Assembly (NCBI GenBank): GCA_032249235.1 | Contig: JAVVGF010000001.1 | Coordinates: 32,001 to 96,000, forward strand | From: Thermoproteota archaeon | GTDB lineage: Archaea > Thermoproteota > Thermoprotei > Gearchaeales > Gearchaeaceae | Direction: 5' to 3' | Length of the DNA: 64,000 nucleotides | In this document: positions 37,352 through 47,660 of the stretch, in pieces | Numbering within the stretch: the stretch's first letter is position 1 | Layout: the number at the start of each line of letters is the position of its first letter | Notes under the pieces: generated by a model | The model's input: only the letters and a program-made list of their open reading frames with translations | What the model was told of the DNA's origin: nothing | Database searches by the model: none | Program-made: the position numbers and the translations under genes

Positions 37352-38586
37352 CTGCTATTAAAGACATAAATTTAAGAATAATTTTTGATAGTAGAGGAGA
37401 TAAAACTGTAGAAGCTGAAGTAATTACAGAAGAATCAAGAGGAATAGCTTCTTGTCCTTCTGGTGCTAGTAAAAGTAGTTATGAAGTTGAAACTATACCA
37501 AAAAGAGGTTTAGAAGAAGCAATTAAAGATTTTATAAGAAACGTTAAACCAAAACTTTTAGGACTTGATTCGAGTAATCAAGAGGAAATCGATAAAATTT
37601 TATTGGAAAGCGACGGCACGCAAAGATTAGAAAATTACGGAGCAGCTATAATTTTGTCAGTATCAATTGCAAATTTAAAAGCAGCATCTATTGCAATCAA
37701 CAAGAAAGTCTTTGAAAAGTTAAATGAAAAAGATCAATATTCTTTACCTTTACCTATAGGTAATATTATTGGTGGAGGTAAGCATGCAAAAGGTAGATCA
37801 ATAGACATTCAGGAAATATTAGTTTTTTGTAATAATGCAAACAATATAAGTGAAGCAATAGAAGCCAACATTCTAATGCATAGAAAACTTTTCAAATTAT
37901 TGTCCATTAATGACCCATATTTTGCAGGAGGTAAAAATGATGAAGGAGCTCTTGTAACTAGAATGCCTCTTAAAAAAATTTTGAGTTTAGTAAATCAAGC
38001 TAGAAAAGAAATGCATGAAGAAAAGGGATATGAAATCTTGTTAGGTTTAGATATTGCGGCTTCTTCTTTATGGGATGGTAAAAGATACGAATATCCATTA
38101 GAAAAACTTTCTTTAAACGAAGAAGAACAATTAAATTTCATGCTTGATTTAATCAATGATTTCAATATATTTTATCTTGAAGATCCTTTCCATGAGGATT
38201 CGTTTGAATATTTTTCAGAATTAACTTCTAGAAATCCTAACATTCTAATTGTAGGAGATGATTTATACGCTTCAAATGAAGATAGATTAAAGATAGGCAT
38301 TGCTAAAAAAGCAAGCAATGGTGTTATAATAAAACCTAATCAGGTTGGTTGCGTAACTAAGATATTACGTGCTATCAATTTAACTATTAATAATGGAATT
38401 AAACCTATAGTTTCCCATAGATCTGGAGAAACAGAAGATGTATTCATTTCTCATTTAGCTGTAGCTTTCGATGCTCCTTTAATAAAAACTGGTACTCTTG
38501 GAGGGGAAAGAATATCTAAATTAAATGAATTGATTAGGATTTCTGAATTTTTGAAAGATAGAGCAAGATTGAATAAACTTAAATAA
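37348..38586 (+). CDS. eno: enolase
   Basis: DSRG, PSGAS, EDPF, VGDDL, IKPNQ, SHRSGETED. Confidence 0.95.
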   Translation: MTAIKDINLRIIFDSRGDKTVEAEVITEESRGIASCPSGASKSSYEVETIPKRGLEEAIKDFIRNVKPKLLGLDSSNQEEIDKILLESDGTQRLENYGAAIILSVSIANLKAASIAINKKVFEKLNEKDQYSLPLPIGNIIGGGKHAKGRSIDIQEILVFCNNANNISEAIEANILMHRKLFKLLSINDPYFAGGKNDEGALVTRMPLKKILSLVNQARKEMHEEKGYEILLGLDIAASSLWDGKRYEYPLEKLSLNEEEQLNFMLDLINDFNIFYLEDPFHEDSFEYFSELTSRNPNILIVGDDLYASNEDRLKIGIAKKASNGVIIKPNQVGCVTKILRAINLTINNGIKPIVSHRSGETEDVFISHLAVAFDAPLIKTGTLGGERISKLNELIRISEFLKDRARLNKLK

Positions 38587-38609
38587 ATGAATAAAAGAAT
38601 AAATCTTCA

Positions 38610-39248
38610 ATGTCTGATTTAGGCTCAGAATTTAAAAAAGAAGAACAATTAATATTAGCACCTACAGAGTTATACATCGAGGCAACTTTACCTTTAGGTA
38701 CAAAGTTCAAATCGAAATACATGAAAAACTTCATTTATAGAACTAGACCTGAAGGTATTCACATAATAGATGTTAGAAGTATTGATGAAAGAATAAGAAT
38801 TGCAGCAAAGTTCATCTCTTACTATGAAAGTGATAAGATATTAGTTGTTGCTTCAAGACCTTTTGCAATAAAACCAGCTACCGTGTTCGCGAAGCTAATA
38901 GGTGCTAAAGCTATTACTGAAAGATTTTTGCCAGGCACATTAACAAATCCAAGTTTAGGTACATATGGAGAAATTGAATTATTATTTCTAAACGATCCTT
39001 ATCAAGATTCGCAAGCTCTAGATGAGGCTACGAAAATAGGTATACCAGTTGTTGCACTTTGTGATACAGAGCATTCATGTGAAAACGTAGATTTAGTGAT
39101 ACCTTGCAACAATAAAGGAAGAAGAGCGTTAGCTACTGTTTATTGGCTCTTGGCAAGACAGGTCTTGAGAGAAAAGAAAATAATACAAAGCCCTGAACAA
39201 TTCACATATTCTATAGAAGATTTCGAAACAGAGTTAGTAGAAGCTTAA
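38610..39248 (+). CDS. rps2: 30S ribosomal protein S2
   Basis: RFLPGTLTNP, IPCNNKGR, YWLLARQVLR. Confidence 0.96.
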   Translation: MSDLGSEFKKEEQLILAPTELYIEATLPLGTKFKSKYMKNFIYRTRPEGIHIIDVRSIDERIRIAAKFISYYESDKILVVASRPFAIKPATVFAKLIGAKAITERFLPGTLTNPSLGTYGEIELLFLNDPYQDSQALDEATKIGIPVVALCDTEHSCENVDLVIPCNNKGRRALATVYWLLARQVLREKKIIQSPEQFTYSIEDFETELVEA

Positions 39249-39253
39249 AAAAA

Positions 39254-39550
39254 TTAACTTAATTCTTTTTCAGTTGTTCTCCTTTTAACTGCTTTATCGA
39301 ATATAATCCAATTGTTATACCATTCTTCGTTTTCTTTTTTCAATAAAGTTAAAGCGTGTTTCATCAATTCTTTTGAAGTAATTTTTTCAGTTTTATTTTC
39401 AAGCAATTTTCCAATAACGATGAATGTAATCCTTCTAGCAACTTCTAAACTAGCTCCTGTTTTTAAAATACTAACGGTTAATTTTTCAGGTATGAAGTCT
39501 TCTTCGCTACCATCTCGTTTTATTACTTTTATATTAAATAGATACATCAT
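39254..39550 (-). CDS. stand-alone ATP-cone domain protein
   Basis: KVIKRDGSEEDFIPEKL ATP-cone signature. Confidence 0.85.
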   Translation of the reverse strand: MMYLFNIKVIKRDGSEEDFIPEKLTVSILKTGASLEVARRITFIVIGKLLENKTEKITSKELMKHALTLLKKENEEWYNNWIIFDKAVKRRTTEKELS

Positions 39551-39577
39551 TTTATTATAAATTATAAATTTTTAAAT

Positions 39578-40432
39578 ATGATGATAAGAAAACCTGCTGT
39601 TGCTGGATACTTTTATGAAAAAGATAAAGAATCGCTATTGAGACAAATTGAAGACTGTTTTAAGCATTCTTTCGGGCCTGGCGAAATAAAATACTTTTCC
39701 AGTTCAAAGGAGTTAAGAATACCTGCTTTTATCGTTCCGCATGCAGGCTATATGTATAGCGGGCCTGTAGCAGCTCATGCATATAAATTACTAGCAGAAA
39801 CTGAGAAGCCAGATACTGTAATAATACTTGGTCCAAATCATACAGGTTATGGTGAATTGGTTTCAGTAATGAATGAAGGAGAATGGGAAACCCCATTAGG
39901 TAGGGTAAAAATAAATCAAGAAATAGCTAATAAAATTCTAGCATCATATAAATTAGCAAGGGCTGATGCTTACGCTCATCTTTACGAGCATTCAATCGAA
40001 GTTCAGCTACCTTTTCTACAATATGTATTGAAGGATTTCGATTTCGTTCCGATATGTATTATGCTCCAAACAGCAGAAGTAGCAAGAGAATTAGCAAAAG
40101 TTTTGCACCAAATTTTAAAAGATTATAATGCAATTGTTCTTGCTTCAACGGATTTGAATCATTATGAGAATAATGAGATTACTTATAAAAAAGATGCCTA
40201 TGTAATTGAATATGTTCAAAAACTAGATGGCGACGGCCTTTTTAAAATCATTGAAGAAAAGGACATTTCCATGTGCGGGCCTTGTCCTGCTGCTACTGTT
40301 TTGAATTATTGCAAGATGAGAAATATTGAGGTTGTTAGAATATTAAAGCATGCTACATCAGGAGACATTGAAGGTAGAAAATCAAGCGTCGTAGGTTATC
40401 TTTCTGTTGCCTTTGAAGCTAAAAAGCTTTGA
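39578..40432 (+). CDS. MEMO1 family protein
   Basis: RKPAVAGYFY, PHAGYMYSG, GPNHTG, EHSIEVQLPF, SMCG. Confidence 0.93.
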   Translation: MMIRKPAVAGYFYEKDKESLLRQIEDCFKHSFGPGEIKYFSSSKELRIPAFIVPHAGYMYSGPVAAHAYKLLAETEKPDTVIILGPNHTGYGELVSVMNEGEWETPLGRVKINQEIANKILASYKLARADAYAHLYEHSIEVQLPFLQYVLKDFDFVPICIMLQTAEVARELAKVLHQILKDYNAIVLASTDLNHYENNEITYKKDAYVIEYVQKLDGDGLFKIIEEKDISMCGPCPAATVLNYCKMRNIEVVRILKHATSGDIEGRKSSVVGYLSVAFEAKKL

Positions 40433-41402
40433 CACCTTCTTCTACAATGCTTGTTTCGAAAACCATTTTTGCTTTTTTACTCATCGCTTCTTTAACTGGT
40501 TCTAAACGATCTTTATCTACCAACGCATACATAACTCCGCCTTTACCTGCTCCTGTTAATTTAGCTCCATAAGCACCTTTTTTTCTTGCAATGTTCACGA
40601 GCAAATCGATTTTGAATGTTGATAATCCTAATGCTGAAAGTAACTCATGATTTATGTTGATTAATCTTCCTGCATTGAGCAAATCTTCATTTTTAAAATA
40701 ATCAACTAGCTTCATAGTTAATGCTCCTGCAGATGTATATAATGGATTGATAATTTCTGGATACGTTTTTTTAAGATTTAACACTTCTTCAACTATTTTT
40801 CCAGTAGGCATTCTTTTTCCTGTATATGCTAATAAGAAAATAGCTTTCTCACTTTTCTTCAGCAACACTGGCTTTTCTCCTTTTTTATAAAGTATCATTC
40901 CTCCGAATGTACTAATTGTAATATCTATTCCTGAGGGATTTTTATGAACAATTCTTTCAGCTTCAAATGCAGCTTTCCATATTAATTCTTTGTTTATTTC
41001 AAAGCCTAAAGCTTTCATAACTGCAGCAGCTGTAGCTACAGAAACTGCAGCAGATGAACCTAAGCCTGCAGAAGGAGGTATCTTTGATTCGATGTATATT
41101 TCCATACCAGTGTTCGCATTTATAAAGTCCATAATCTTCCTAGTAACTCTTAAAATAGGTCTAAGCATCTTTTTCGTCTTCTCCTTACCTGTATAATCAA
41201 TTATTCTCTCATTTAACGTGCTTTTAATTACATGCCTTCTATTATCCAAATCAATGCTCTCTATTCTTATTGCATTTTCATAACTTTCTTCTGCGATGAC
41301 TTCAGCATATAAATTAATTGCCGCAGCTATTGCTGGCTCTCCTTCTACAACGAAATGTTCTCCTGCTATTATGATTTTCGATGGTGCAATTGCTTTAGCC
41401 AC
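40419..41402 (-). CDS. mvk: mevalonate kinase
   Basis: APSKIIIAGEHFVV, PPSAGLGSSAA GHMP motif, PSGID, KLTGAGKGG. Confidence 0.93.
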   Translation of the reverse strand: MAKAIAPSKIIIAGEHFVVEGEPAIAAAINLYAEVIAEESYENAIRIESIDLDNRRHVIKSTLNERIIDYTGKEKTKKMLRPILRVTRKIMDFINANTGMEIYIESKIPPSAGLGSSAAVSVATAAAVMKALGFEINKELIWKAAFEAERIVHKNPSGIDITISTFGGMILYKKGEKPVLLKKSEKAIFLLAYTGKRMPTGKIVEEVLNLKKTYPEIINPLYTSAGALTMKLVDYFKNEDLLNAGRLININHELLSALGLSTFKIDLLVNIARKKGAYGAKLTGAGKGGVMYALVDKDRLEPVKEAMSKKAKMVFETSIVEEGVKAF

Positions 41403-41432
41403 GTTTTAAAAATACAATAAAAGATTAAATCA

Positions 41433-42227
41433 TTGACTACTTTTTCTCATGTGGAAAGCATCGTAATAAAATTGGGCGGATCAGTCATAACTTATAAAGA
41501 TAAGCCTTTAACTGCGAGGATTAACGATATAAACAGGCTTTCGAGAGAAATCGCAGAAGTGCTTGCTGATGTTAGATTGTGCATCGTTCATGGAGGAGGC
41601 AGTTTTGGTCATTACATTGCAAAAAAATATTCAATATATTCTGGAATTCCTCGTATTAAAATAGGTCTTTCCATACTTGAACTCGAAATGCGAAGATTAA
41701 ATTTGATCATAGCAGAATCTATGATAAATCATGGAATACCTGTATTACCTTTTTCTCCTTCAAATATTATCCTAACTAAAGAGAGAACAATATCTCAATT
41801 CTTTAAAGATTCGATCTTGAAGGCTATTGAATGGGGTTATGTACCTTTAATCTATGGAGATTACGTATTCGATGAAGCTTATTCCTGCATAATCTATTCT
41901 GGTGATCAGTTAAGTTTAGAATTATGCAAATTAATGAATGCGAAGAAAATAATTTTTTGTTTAGATGTTGCAGGAGTTTATGATAAAGATCCGAAAAAAT
42001 ATAATGATGCTAGATTGCTCAAAGAAATCAATCATGAAGATATCCCTAAACTTTTAGGAAATATGAGTAAAGGGGAAGATGTTACAGGAGGAATCTACAA
42101 TAAAATAAGTGTAGCTTATGAAGCAGCAAAATTAGGAATAAAATCAATTTTCATCAATGGTCTTTCGCATAATTTATTACAAAGGGTAATTTTAGGAAAA
42201 GACTTTGTTGGGACGATAGTATATTAA
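41433..42227 (+). CDS. ipk: isopentenyl phosphate kinase
   Basis: KLGGSVIT, VHGGGSFGH, SGD, DVTGG. Confidence 0.92.
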   Translation: MTTFSHVESIVIKLGGSVITYKDKPLTARINDINRLSREIAEVLADVRLCIVHGGGSFGHYIAKKYSIYSGIPRIKIGLSILELEMRRLNLIIAESMINHGIPVLPFSPSNIILTKERTISQFFKDSILKAIEWGYVPLIYGDYVFDEAYSCIIYSGDQLSLELCKLMNAKKIIFCLDVAGVYDKDPKKYNDARLLKEINHEDIPKLLGNMSKGEDVTGGIYNKISVAYEAAKLGIKSIFINGLSHNLLQRVILGKDFVGTIVY

Positions 42228-42255
42228 TTTAAAGCTTATTTTTGAATAGAATAGG

Positions 42256-43215
42256 ATGAACGATCTAAAAGATTATGCAGAAAAAATTACAAAATTTCTA
42301 GTAAACTACTTATCAGAATTGCATCCTGAAATTTTAAAGAATTCATCATCTCACATAATAATTTCAGGAGGAAAAAGATTGAGACCATATCTTTTGCTGA
42401 AAGTCGCTGAAAGCTATGGTTGCAATATAAATGAAATTATGTATGCTGCAATTTCTGTAGAATTGATACACAATTTCAGTTTAGTTCATGACGACATAAT
42501 GGATAATGATCAATTCAGACATGGTAAACCAACTGTCCACGTTGCTTATGGTATACCTTTCGCCATACTTGCAGGTGATACTTTGTTCTCTTTGGCTTTT
42601 AACGCAATTAGAAGATTAAAGATAACTAAAGAAAAAAAGCTTAGATTATATGATGAGCTATCTTTAGCTACGCTTAAACTATCAATAGGACAAGCTTATG
42701 ATATGTATTTATCATCATCGAAAATTTTTAGCGAAAGGCTTTATTATGAAACTGTTAAGAACAAAACTGCTGCGCTCTTTGAATGCAGTGCAGTAATGGG
42801 CGCTATATTAGGCGGAGCTAAAAAAGAAGAAATAGAAAATTTGAGAAGAGCAATTCGTTATGCAGGAATTGCTTTTCAAATCAAAGATGATATTTTAGGA
42901 GTATTTGGAGATCCAAAAGTAACTGGGAAGCCTGTAGGTAACGATGTAAAAGAAGGCAAGAAGACTTTAATTACGATCTATGCTAGCAAAAAAGTCAAAG
43001 ATAGACTGTTCAATTTCTTAGGAAATAGGGATGTAAAAGAGGAAGATTTAAAAAATTTCATAAGGGAACTTAAAGAAATAGGCGCTTATGAATATGCATT
43101 GAACAAAGCTAAAAAATTCGAAAATATGGCTTTCTATTATTCAAAACGCATAAATCAAAAATTAAATAATTTCCTAAATTCCTTCATATCTTTCTTAGTA
43201 GAAAGGGAGTTTTGA
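42256..43215 (+). CDS. idsA: geranylgeranyl diphosphate synthase
   Basis: GGKRLRP, FSLVHDDIMD, KTA, FQIKDDIL. Confidence 0.92.
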   Translation: MNDLKDYAEKITKFLVNYLSELHPEILKNSSSHIIISGGKRLRPYLLLKVAESYGCNINEIMYAAISVELIHNFSLVHDDIMDNDQFRHGKPTVHVAYGIPFAILAGDTLFSLAFNAIRRLKITKEKKLRLYDELSLATLKLSIGQAYDMYLSSSKIFSERLYYETVKNKTAALFECSAVMGAILGGAKKEEIENLRRAIRYAGIAFQIKDDILGVFGDPKVTGKPVGNDVKEGKKTLITIYASKKVKDRLFNFLGNRDVKEEDLKNFIRELKEIGAYEYALNKAKKFENMAFYYSKRINQKLNNFLNSFISFLVEREF

Positions 43216-44990
43216 TGGAAGAAGAATTAAAAGATTTAATTTTCAGAAAAGCTTTATCGAATGCTTATAAGCATGAAGGTAAAGCTAGCAAAGATGCTGT
43301 AATAAGAAAAGTTATATTCTTAAAACCAGAATTGAGGCAAAGGATAAGAGAAATCATTCCTTTAATAGAAAAAATCATAGCAGAAGTTAATTCTCTTTCT
43401 TTAGAAGAACAATATAATTATCTTTTAGCTAAGTATCCTGAAGAATTGAAAGAAGAGAAAATAGAAGCCAAGCGCTTTGAGCTACCTGAGCTAGAAGGTG
43501 CTGAATTAGGAAAAGTCGTAACGCGTTTTGCTCCTAATCCAGATGGCCCTTTGCATATTGGTAATATAAGGGCTATGCTATTGTCTCATGAATATGCAAG
43601 AATCTATAAAGGCAAGTTCATTTTAAGGCTTGAAGATACCGATCCTAGAACTAAGAAACCTTTGCTTCATATTTTCAAAGACGAGAAAAAAGATTATGAA
43701 TACATATTAAGAGACTTAGAATGGTTCGAAGCTTATCCTGATGAAATTTATATTCAATCCGACCGCTTGAAAATCTATTATAACATAGCTGAAGAAATGT
43801 TCAAAAAGGGTATTCTTTATGTTTGTTTTTGTAATAAAGAAGAAATTGCTAAAAATAGAGCCATAGGTAAAGCATGTGTTCATAGAGAAAGAGAATTGGA
43901 GAAAAATTTGAGCGATTTCGATAAGATGATCGAAGGAGCATATTTAAATGAAAATGCAGTCGTAAGGATTAAAACAGATCTTTCTCATCCTGATCCAAGT
44001 GTTAGGGATTGGATAGCCTTCAGAATGATAAATCCTAAAGAATATCCTCATCCAAGATTGGATTCGATAATTTCTTATTTGGGTCATTTACCTTACCTAT
44101 GGCCTACCTATAACTTCGCATCAACAGTAGATGATCATTTGATGGGCATCACGCATATTTTCAGAGCTAAAGAACATATGGGAAATACTATAAAACAATC
44201 CTATATTTACAAAGCTATGGATTGGAAGCAACCATATACAATACATTATGGAAGGATAAAATTCGAAGGTGTTGTTTTATCAAAGAGCAAAATAATTGAA
44301 GGGATGAAGAAAGGAATTTATGAAGGATTTCATGATGTCGACTTAGCTACGATAATATCTTTTAGAGAAAGAGGTTTTCTTCCTAGATCGATAAAACAAC
44401 TCATATTAGAGATGGGTACAAAGCCTGTTGAAGCTAAAATTAGCTTCGAAAACTTGCATGCTATAAATAGGAAAATAATTGATCCTATCGCTGATAGATA
44501 CTTTTTCGTCAAAGAACCTGTTTTAGTAAAAATAAAACTTGAATTACCTCAAAAAATTAAAAGACAACTGCATCCTTCAAGACAAGAATTTTTTGAATTC
44601 CAAATAATTCCAGAAAATGGCTATGCGAATATTTTCTTGGATAGAAATGATTTGAAAGAAGATTTTGAAGTTAGGTTAATGGAACTAGGAAATTTCAGAA
44701 TAATTAAAAGAGATTCATTTTATGAAGGTTTTCCTTTAGAAGATCAATCATTAGAATATGCAAGAGAAAAGAAATTGAAGTTAATTCAATGGGTATATCA
44801 AGGATATTCTTTAGATTGCGAAGTAAAAGTTCCTTCGTATATTTTCGGTAAAAAAACTATAACAGGTAAAGTAGAAGCCCAAATTGAAAAACTCAAGCCT
44901 AATACTTTTGTTCAATTTGTGAGATATTTCTTTGCTAAGTTTCATAGCATTAATGAAAAGGTTGCTCGTTTTTATTATTTGCATGATTAA
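43212..44990 (+). CDS. gltX: glutamate--tRNA ligase (archaeal non-discriminating type)
   Basis: RFAPNPDGPLHIGN, LRLEDTDP, WPTYNF, LSKS. Confidence 0.96.
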   Translation: MMEEELKDLIFRKALSNAYKHEGKASKDAVIRKVIFLKPELRQRIREIIPLIEKIIAEVNSLSLEEQYNYLLAKYPEELKEEKIEAKRFELPELEGAELGKVVTRFAPNPDGPLHIGNIRAMLLSHEYARIYKGKFILRLEDTDPRTKKPLLHIFKDEKKDYEYILRDLEWFEAYPDEIYIQSDRLKIYYNIAEEMFKKGILYVCFCNKEEIAKNRAIGKACVHRERELEKNLSDFDKMIEGAYLNENAVVRIKTDLSHPDPSVRDWIAFRMINPKEYPHPRLDSIISYLGHLPYLWPTYNFASTVDDHLMGITHIFRAKEHMGNTIKQSYIYKAMDWKQPYTIHYGRIKFEGVVLSKSKIIEGMKKGIYEGFHDVDLATIISFRERGFLPRSIKQLILEMGTKPVEAKISFENLHAINRKIIDPIADRYFFVKEPVLVKIKLELPQKIKRQLHPSRQEFFEFQIIPENGYANIFLDRNDLKEDFEVRLMELGNFRIIKRDSFYEGFPLEDQSLEYAREKKLKLIQWVYQGYSLDCEVKVPSYIFGKKTITGKVEAQIEKLKPNTFVQFVRYFFAKFHSINEKVARFYYLHD

Positions 44991-45028
44991 AAAATAATGC
45001 TTAAATACCCTGTATTATGTTTAAATTA

Positions 45029-45082
45029 TTACTGATCTAAGCATGTCTAGCAAAAAACCTATGTATGTGAGATTTGAAGTGA
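45029..45082 (+). promoter_or_regulatory. putative kink-turn across the rpl7ae start codon
   Basis: TTACT-GA-TCT pairs with AGA-TTT-GA-AGTGA: tandem G.A pairs plus a 3-nt bulge. Confidence 0.5.
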
Positions 45083-45456
45083 GCCCAGATTTATACAGTA
45101 AAATATATGATTTCGTTAGACAATGTAGAGAAACAGGTAAAATAAAGAAAGGAGTCAATGAAACGACGAAATCTGTTGAAAGAGGCTTGGCAAAATTTGT
45201 GATAATAGCTGAAAACGTAGATCCACCTGAAATCGTTGCACACTTACCTCTGATTTGTGAAGAGAAAGGAATCCCATACTTATATGTCGAAGATAAGAAG
45301 AAACTCGGAGAAGCTGCAGGAATTAATGTAGCAGCTTCTTCTGTTGCTATTTTGGATATAGGCAATGCGAAGAGCCTATATGATGAACTATTAAGTAAAT
45401 ATTCCGAATTTAGAGCTAAAGTTGTACCACAAGAAGCTAAAGCAGCTAAGAAGTAA
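45043..45456 (+). CDS. rpl7ae: 50S ribosomal protein L7Ae
   Basis: [31 protein letters not shown]. Confidence 0.97.
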   Translation: MSSKKPMYVRFEVSPDLYSKIYDFVRQCRETGKIKKGVNETTKSVERGLAKFVIIAENVDPPEIVAHLPLICEEKGIPYLYVEDKKKLGEAAGINVAASSVAILDIGNAKSLYDELLSKYSEFRAKVVPQEAKAAKK

Positions 45457-45671
45457 TGAGTGAAAAACAAGAAGCTACACCTGCAGAAGTAATAGAAATA
45501 TTAGGTAGGACTGGAGTAGGAGGAGAAGTTACACAAGTCCGGGCTAGAATACTTGAAGGAAAGGATAAAGGTAGAGTGCTAACTAGAAATGTAATGGGTC
45601 CAGTAAGAGTTGGAGATATATTAATGCTTAGAGAAACTGAAAGGGAAGCTAGGAAATTAACTACAAAGTAA
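45456..45671 (+). CDS. rps28e: 30S ribosomal protein S28e
   Basis: [30 protein letters not shown]. Confidence 0.97.
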   Translation: MSEKQEATPAEVIEILGRTGVGGEVTQVRARILEGKDKGRVLTRNVMGPVRVGDILMLRETEREARKLTTK

Positions 45672-45856
45672 TGGTAACCGAATACATTTGTAGTTTTTGC
45701 GGTTCAAAGTTCGATAAATCAAGAGGTATTACTTACGTTAAAAAAGATGGAACTATACTTAGATTTTGTTCAAGTAAGTGTAGAAAAAATAAAATGCTTA
45801 ACAGAAATCCCGCAAAACTTAAGTGGACAGCTTTTTATCCAAGGTCTTCTAAATAA
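45671..45856 (+). CDS. rpl24e: 50S ribosomal protein L24e
   Basis: CSFCG...FCSSKC...RNPAKLKWT. Confidence 0.96.
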   Translation: MVTEYICSFCGSKFDKSRGITYVKKDGTILRFCSSKCRKNKMLNRNPAKLKWTAFYPRSSK

Positions 45857-45877
45857 AATTTAATTATTTTTGAATTC

Positions 45878-47629
45878 ATGAGAATAAGACAGCCTATATT
45901 AGTAGTACTAGGTCATGTAGATGCAGGAAAAACTTCATTGTTAGATAAAATTAGAGGTACTGCTGTTCAATTGAAGGAAGCAGGTGGTATAACGCAACAT
46001 ATTGGTGCTTCTTTTTTACCTATTCAAGTTATTGAAAAAATAGCTCATGATCTGATTCAAAAATATAAAATAAAATTAACTATACCTGGAGTTTTAATAA
46101 TCGATACTCCTGGTCATGAGATATTCTCAAATTTGAGAAAAAGAGGAGGATCTGTTGCAGATATGGCTATATTAGTTGTTGATATTCAAAAAGGATTTGA
46201 AAAACAAACATACGAAAGCGTTGAAATCCTTAAGCAAAGGAAAGTTCCTTTTGTTGTAGCCTTGAATAAACTTGATAGATTTGAAGGATATAAAGCAGAG
46301 AAAGAATTTTCTTTTCTTAGTTCTCTTTCAAAACAAACTGAATGGGTAAAAGAAAAATTAGATGAAAGGATTTATGAAATCGTAAGCATTTTAGCAAAAC
46401 TAGGATTCGAAGCTGAAAGATTTGATAGAGTTAGAGATTTTTCGAAGCAAGTAGCTATAGTTCCGACAAGTGCCATTTATGGAATCGGTATTGCAGAATT
46501 GTTGCTCGTTGTTAGCGGAATATGTCAAAACTATCTGAAATCAAGCCTTGCTTATACTGAGGGACCTGCACAAGGTGTTGTTCTAGAAGTTAAGGAAGAA
46601 CATGGATTAGGTACAACTATAGATGCAATAATTTACAATGGAATTCTTAAAAAGAATGATACAATTGTCCTTGCTTCTCTTAACGGTATAATCACAACGA
46701 AAGTAAAAGCATTGTTATTACCAAAGCCTTTAGATGAAATGCGTGCTCCTGAAGATAAGTTCAAGAATGTAGAAGAAGTCGTCGCTGCAGTAGGAGTAAA
46801 AATAGTAGCAAGCGATCTAAATGATGTCATTGCAGGTTCTCCTTTATATGTAGCTACGCCAGAAAATTATGAGAAGATAAAGAAATTGGTAGAAGAAGAA
46901 ATTGAGAGTTTAAGAATTAAATCAGACATAACAGGCGTTGTTGTAAAGACAGATACTTTGGGAAGTTTAGAAGCTTTAACTGGTTATCTTAAATCAATGG
47001 GAATACCGATTAGAAGTGCCGATATAGGACCTGTAACTAAAAAAGATGTTTTCGAAGCGTACTTATCAAAGGAAATGAACGCTGTATATGGTGTGATATT
47101 AGCTTTCAATGTCAAAGTTCTCCCGGAAGCAGAAGAAGAAATAAATTCTAAGAAAATTAAGCTAATTAAAGAAAACGTAATCTATAGATTAGTTGAAGAA
47201 TATCTTGAATGGTCGAAGAAAATTAAAGAAGAAGAAAAAAATGAATTGAAGAAGAAGTTGCCGACTCCTGCTATAATAAAAGTTCTTCCAGGCTATGTAT
47301 TTAGAAGAAGTGATCCTGCAATAATAGGCATTGAAGTCGAATTGGGTAAAATAAAGCCAGGTTTAATTCTTATGAATAAAAACAAAAAAATTTTAGGTTC
47401 GATATTGCAAATTCAAGATCAAGGTAAACCTATACCTGAAGCTGTAAAAGGAATGCAAGTAGCGATTTCAATAAAAGGGGAAGCTTTTGTGGGTAGGAAT
47501 TTATTTGAAGGAGAAGAACTTTTCTCTGTTATACAAAGAGATGAGGCTAAAATCTGGCTTGAGAAGTTAAAAGATGAATTAAATGAAGAGGAAATAAAAT
47601 ATTTGGAAAGATGCATAAGAGAAGGCTAA
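45878..47629 (+). CDS. infB: translation initiation factor aIF5B
   Basis: RQPI..LGHVDAGKT, EAGGITQHIGA, DTPGHE, NKLD. Confidence 0.97.
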   Translation: MRIRQPILVVLGHVDAGKTSLLDKIRGTAVQLKEAGGITQHIGASFLPIQVIEKIAHDLIQKYKIKLTIPGVLIIDTPGHEIFSNLRKRGGSVADMAILVVDIQKGFEKQTYESVEILKQRKVPFVVALNKLDRFEGYKAEKEFSFLSSLSKQTEWVKEKLDERIYEIVSILAKLGFEAERFDRVRDFSKQVAIVPTSAIYGIGIAELLLVVSGICQNYLKSSLAYTEGPAQGVVLEVKEEHGLGTTIDAIIYNGILKKNDTIVLASLNGIITTKVKALLLPKPLDEMRAPEDKFKNVEEVVAAVGVKIVASDLNDVIAGSPLYVATPENYEKIKKLVEEEIESLRIKSDITGVVVKTDTLGSLEALTGYLKSMGIPIRSADIGPVTKKDVFEAYLSKEMNAVYGVILAFNVKVLPEAEEEINSKKIKLIKENVIYRLVEEYLEWSKKIKEEEKNELKKKLPTPAIIKVLPGYVFRRSDPAIIGIEVELGKIKPGLILMNKNKKILGSILQIQDQGKPIPEAVKGMQVAISIKGEAFVGRNLFEGEELFSVIQRDEAKIWLEKLKDELNEEEIKYLERCIREG

Positions 47630-47660
47630 AATTTTTAAATGGTAGCTAAGAATAAAGTTT

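Noticed and set aside
45021-45470. 149-aa antisense ORF over rpl7ae (likewise 47579-48016 over rps6e and 51408-51752 over rps24e/rps27ae)
   Set aside because: Shadow frames of conserved ribosomal genes; the plus-strand genes explain the sequence
45857-45877. Absence of ndk between rpl24e and infB
   Set aside because: Common lineage-level relocation; nothing in the window shows gene loss
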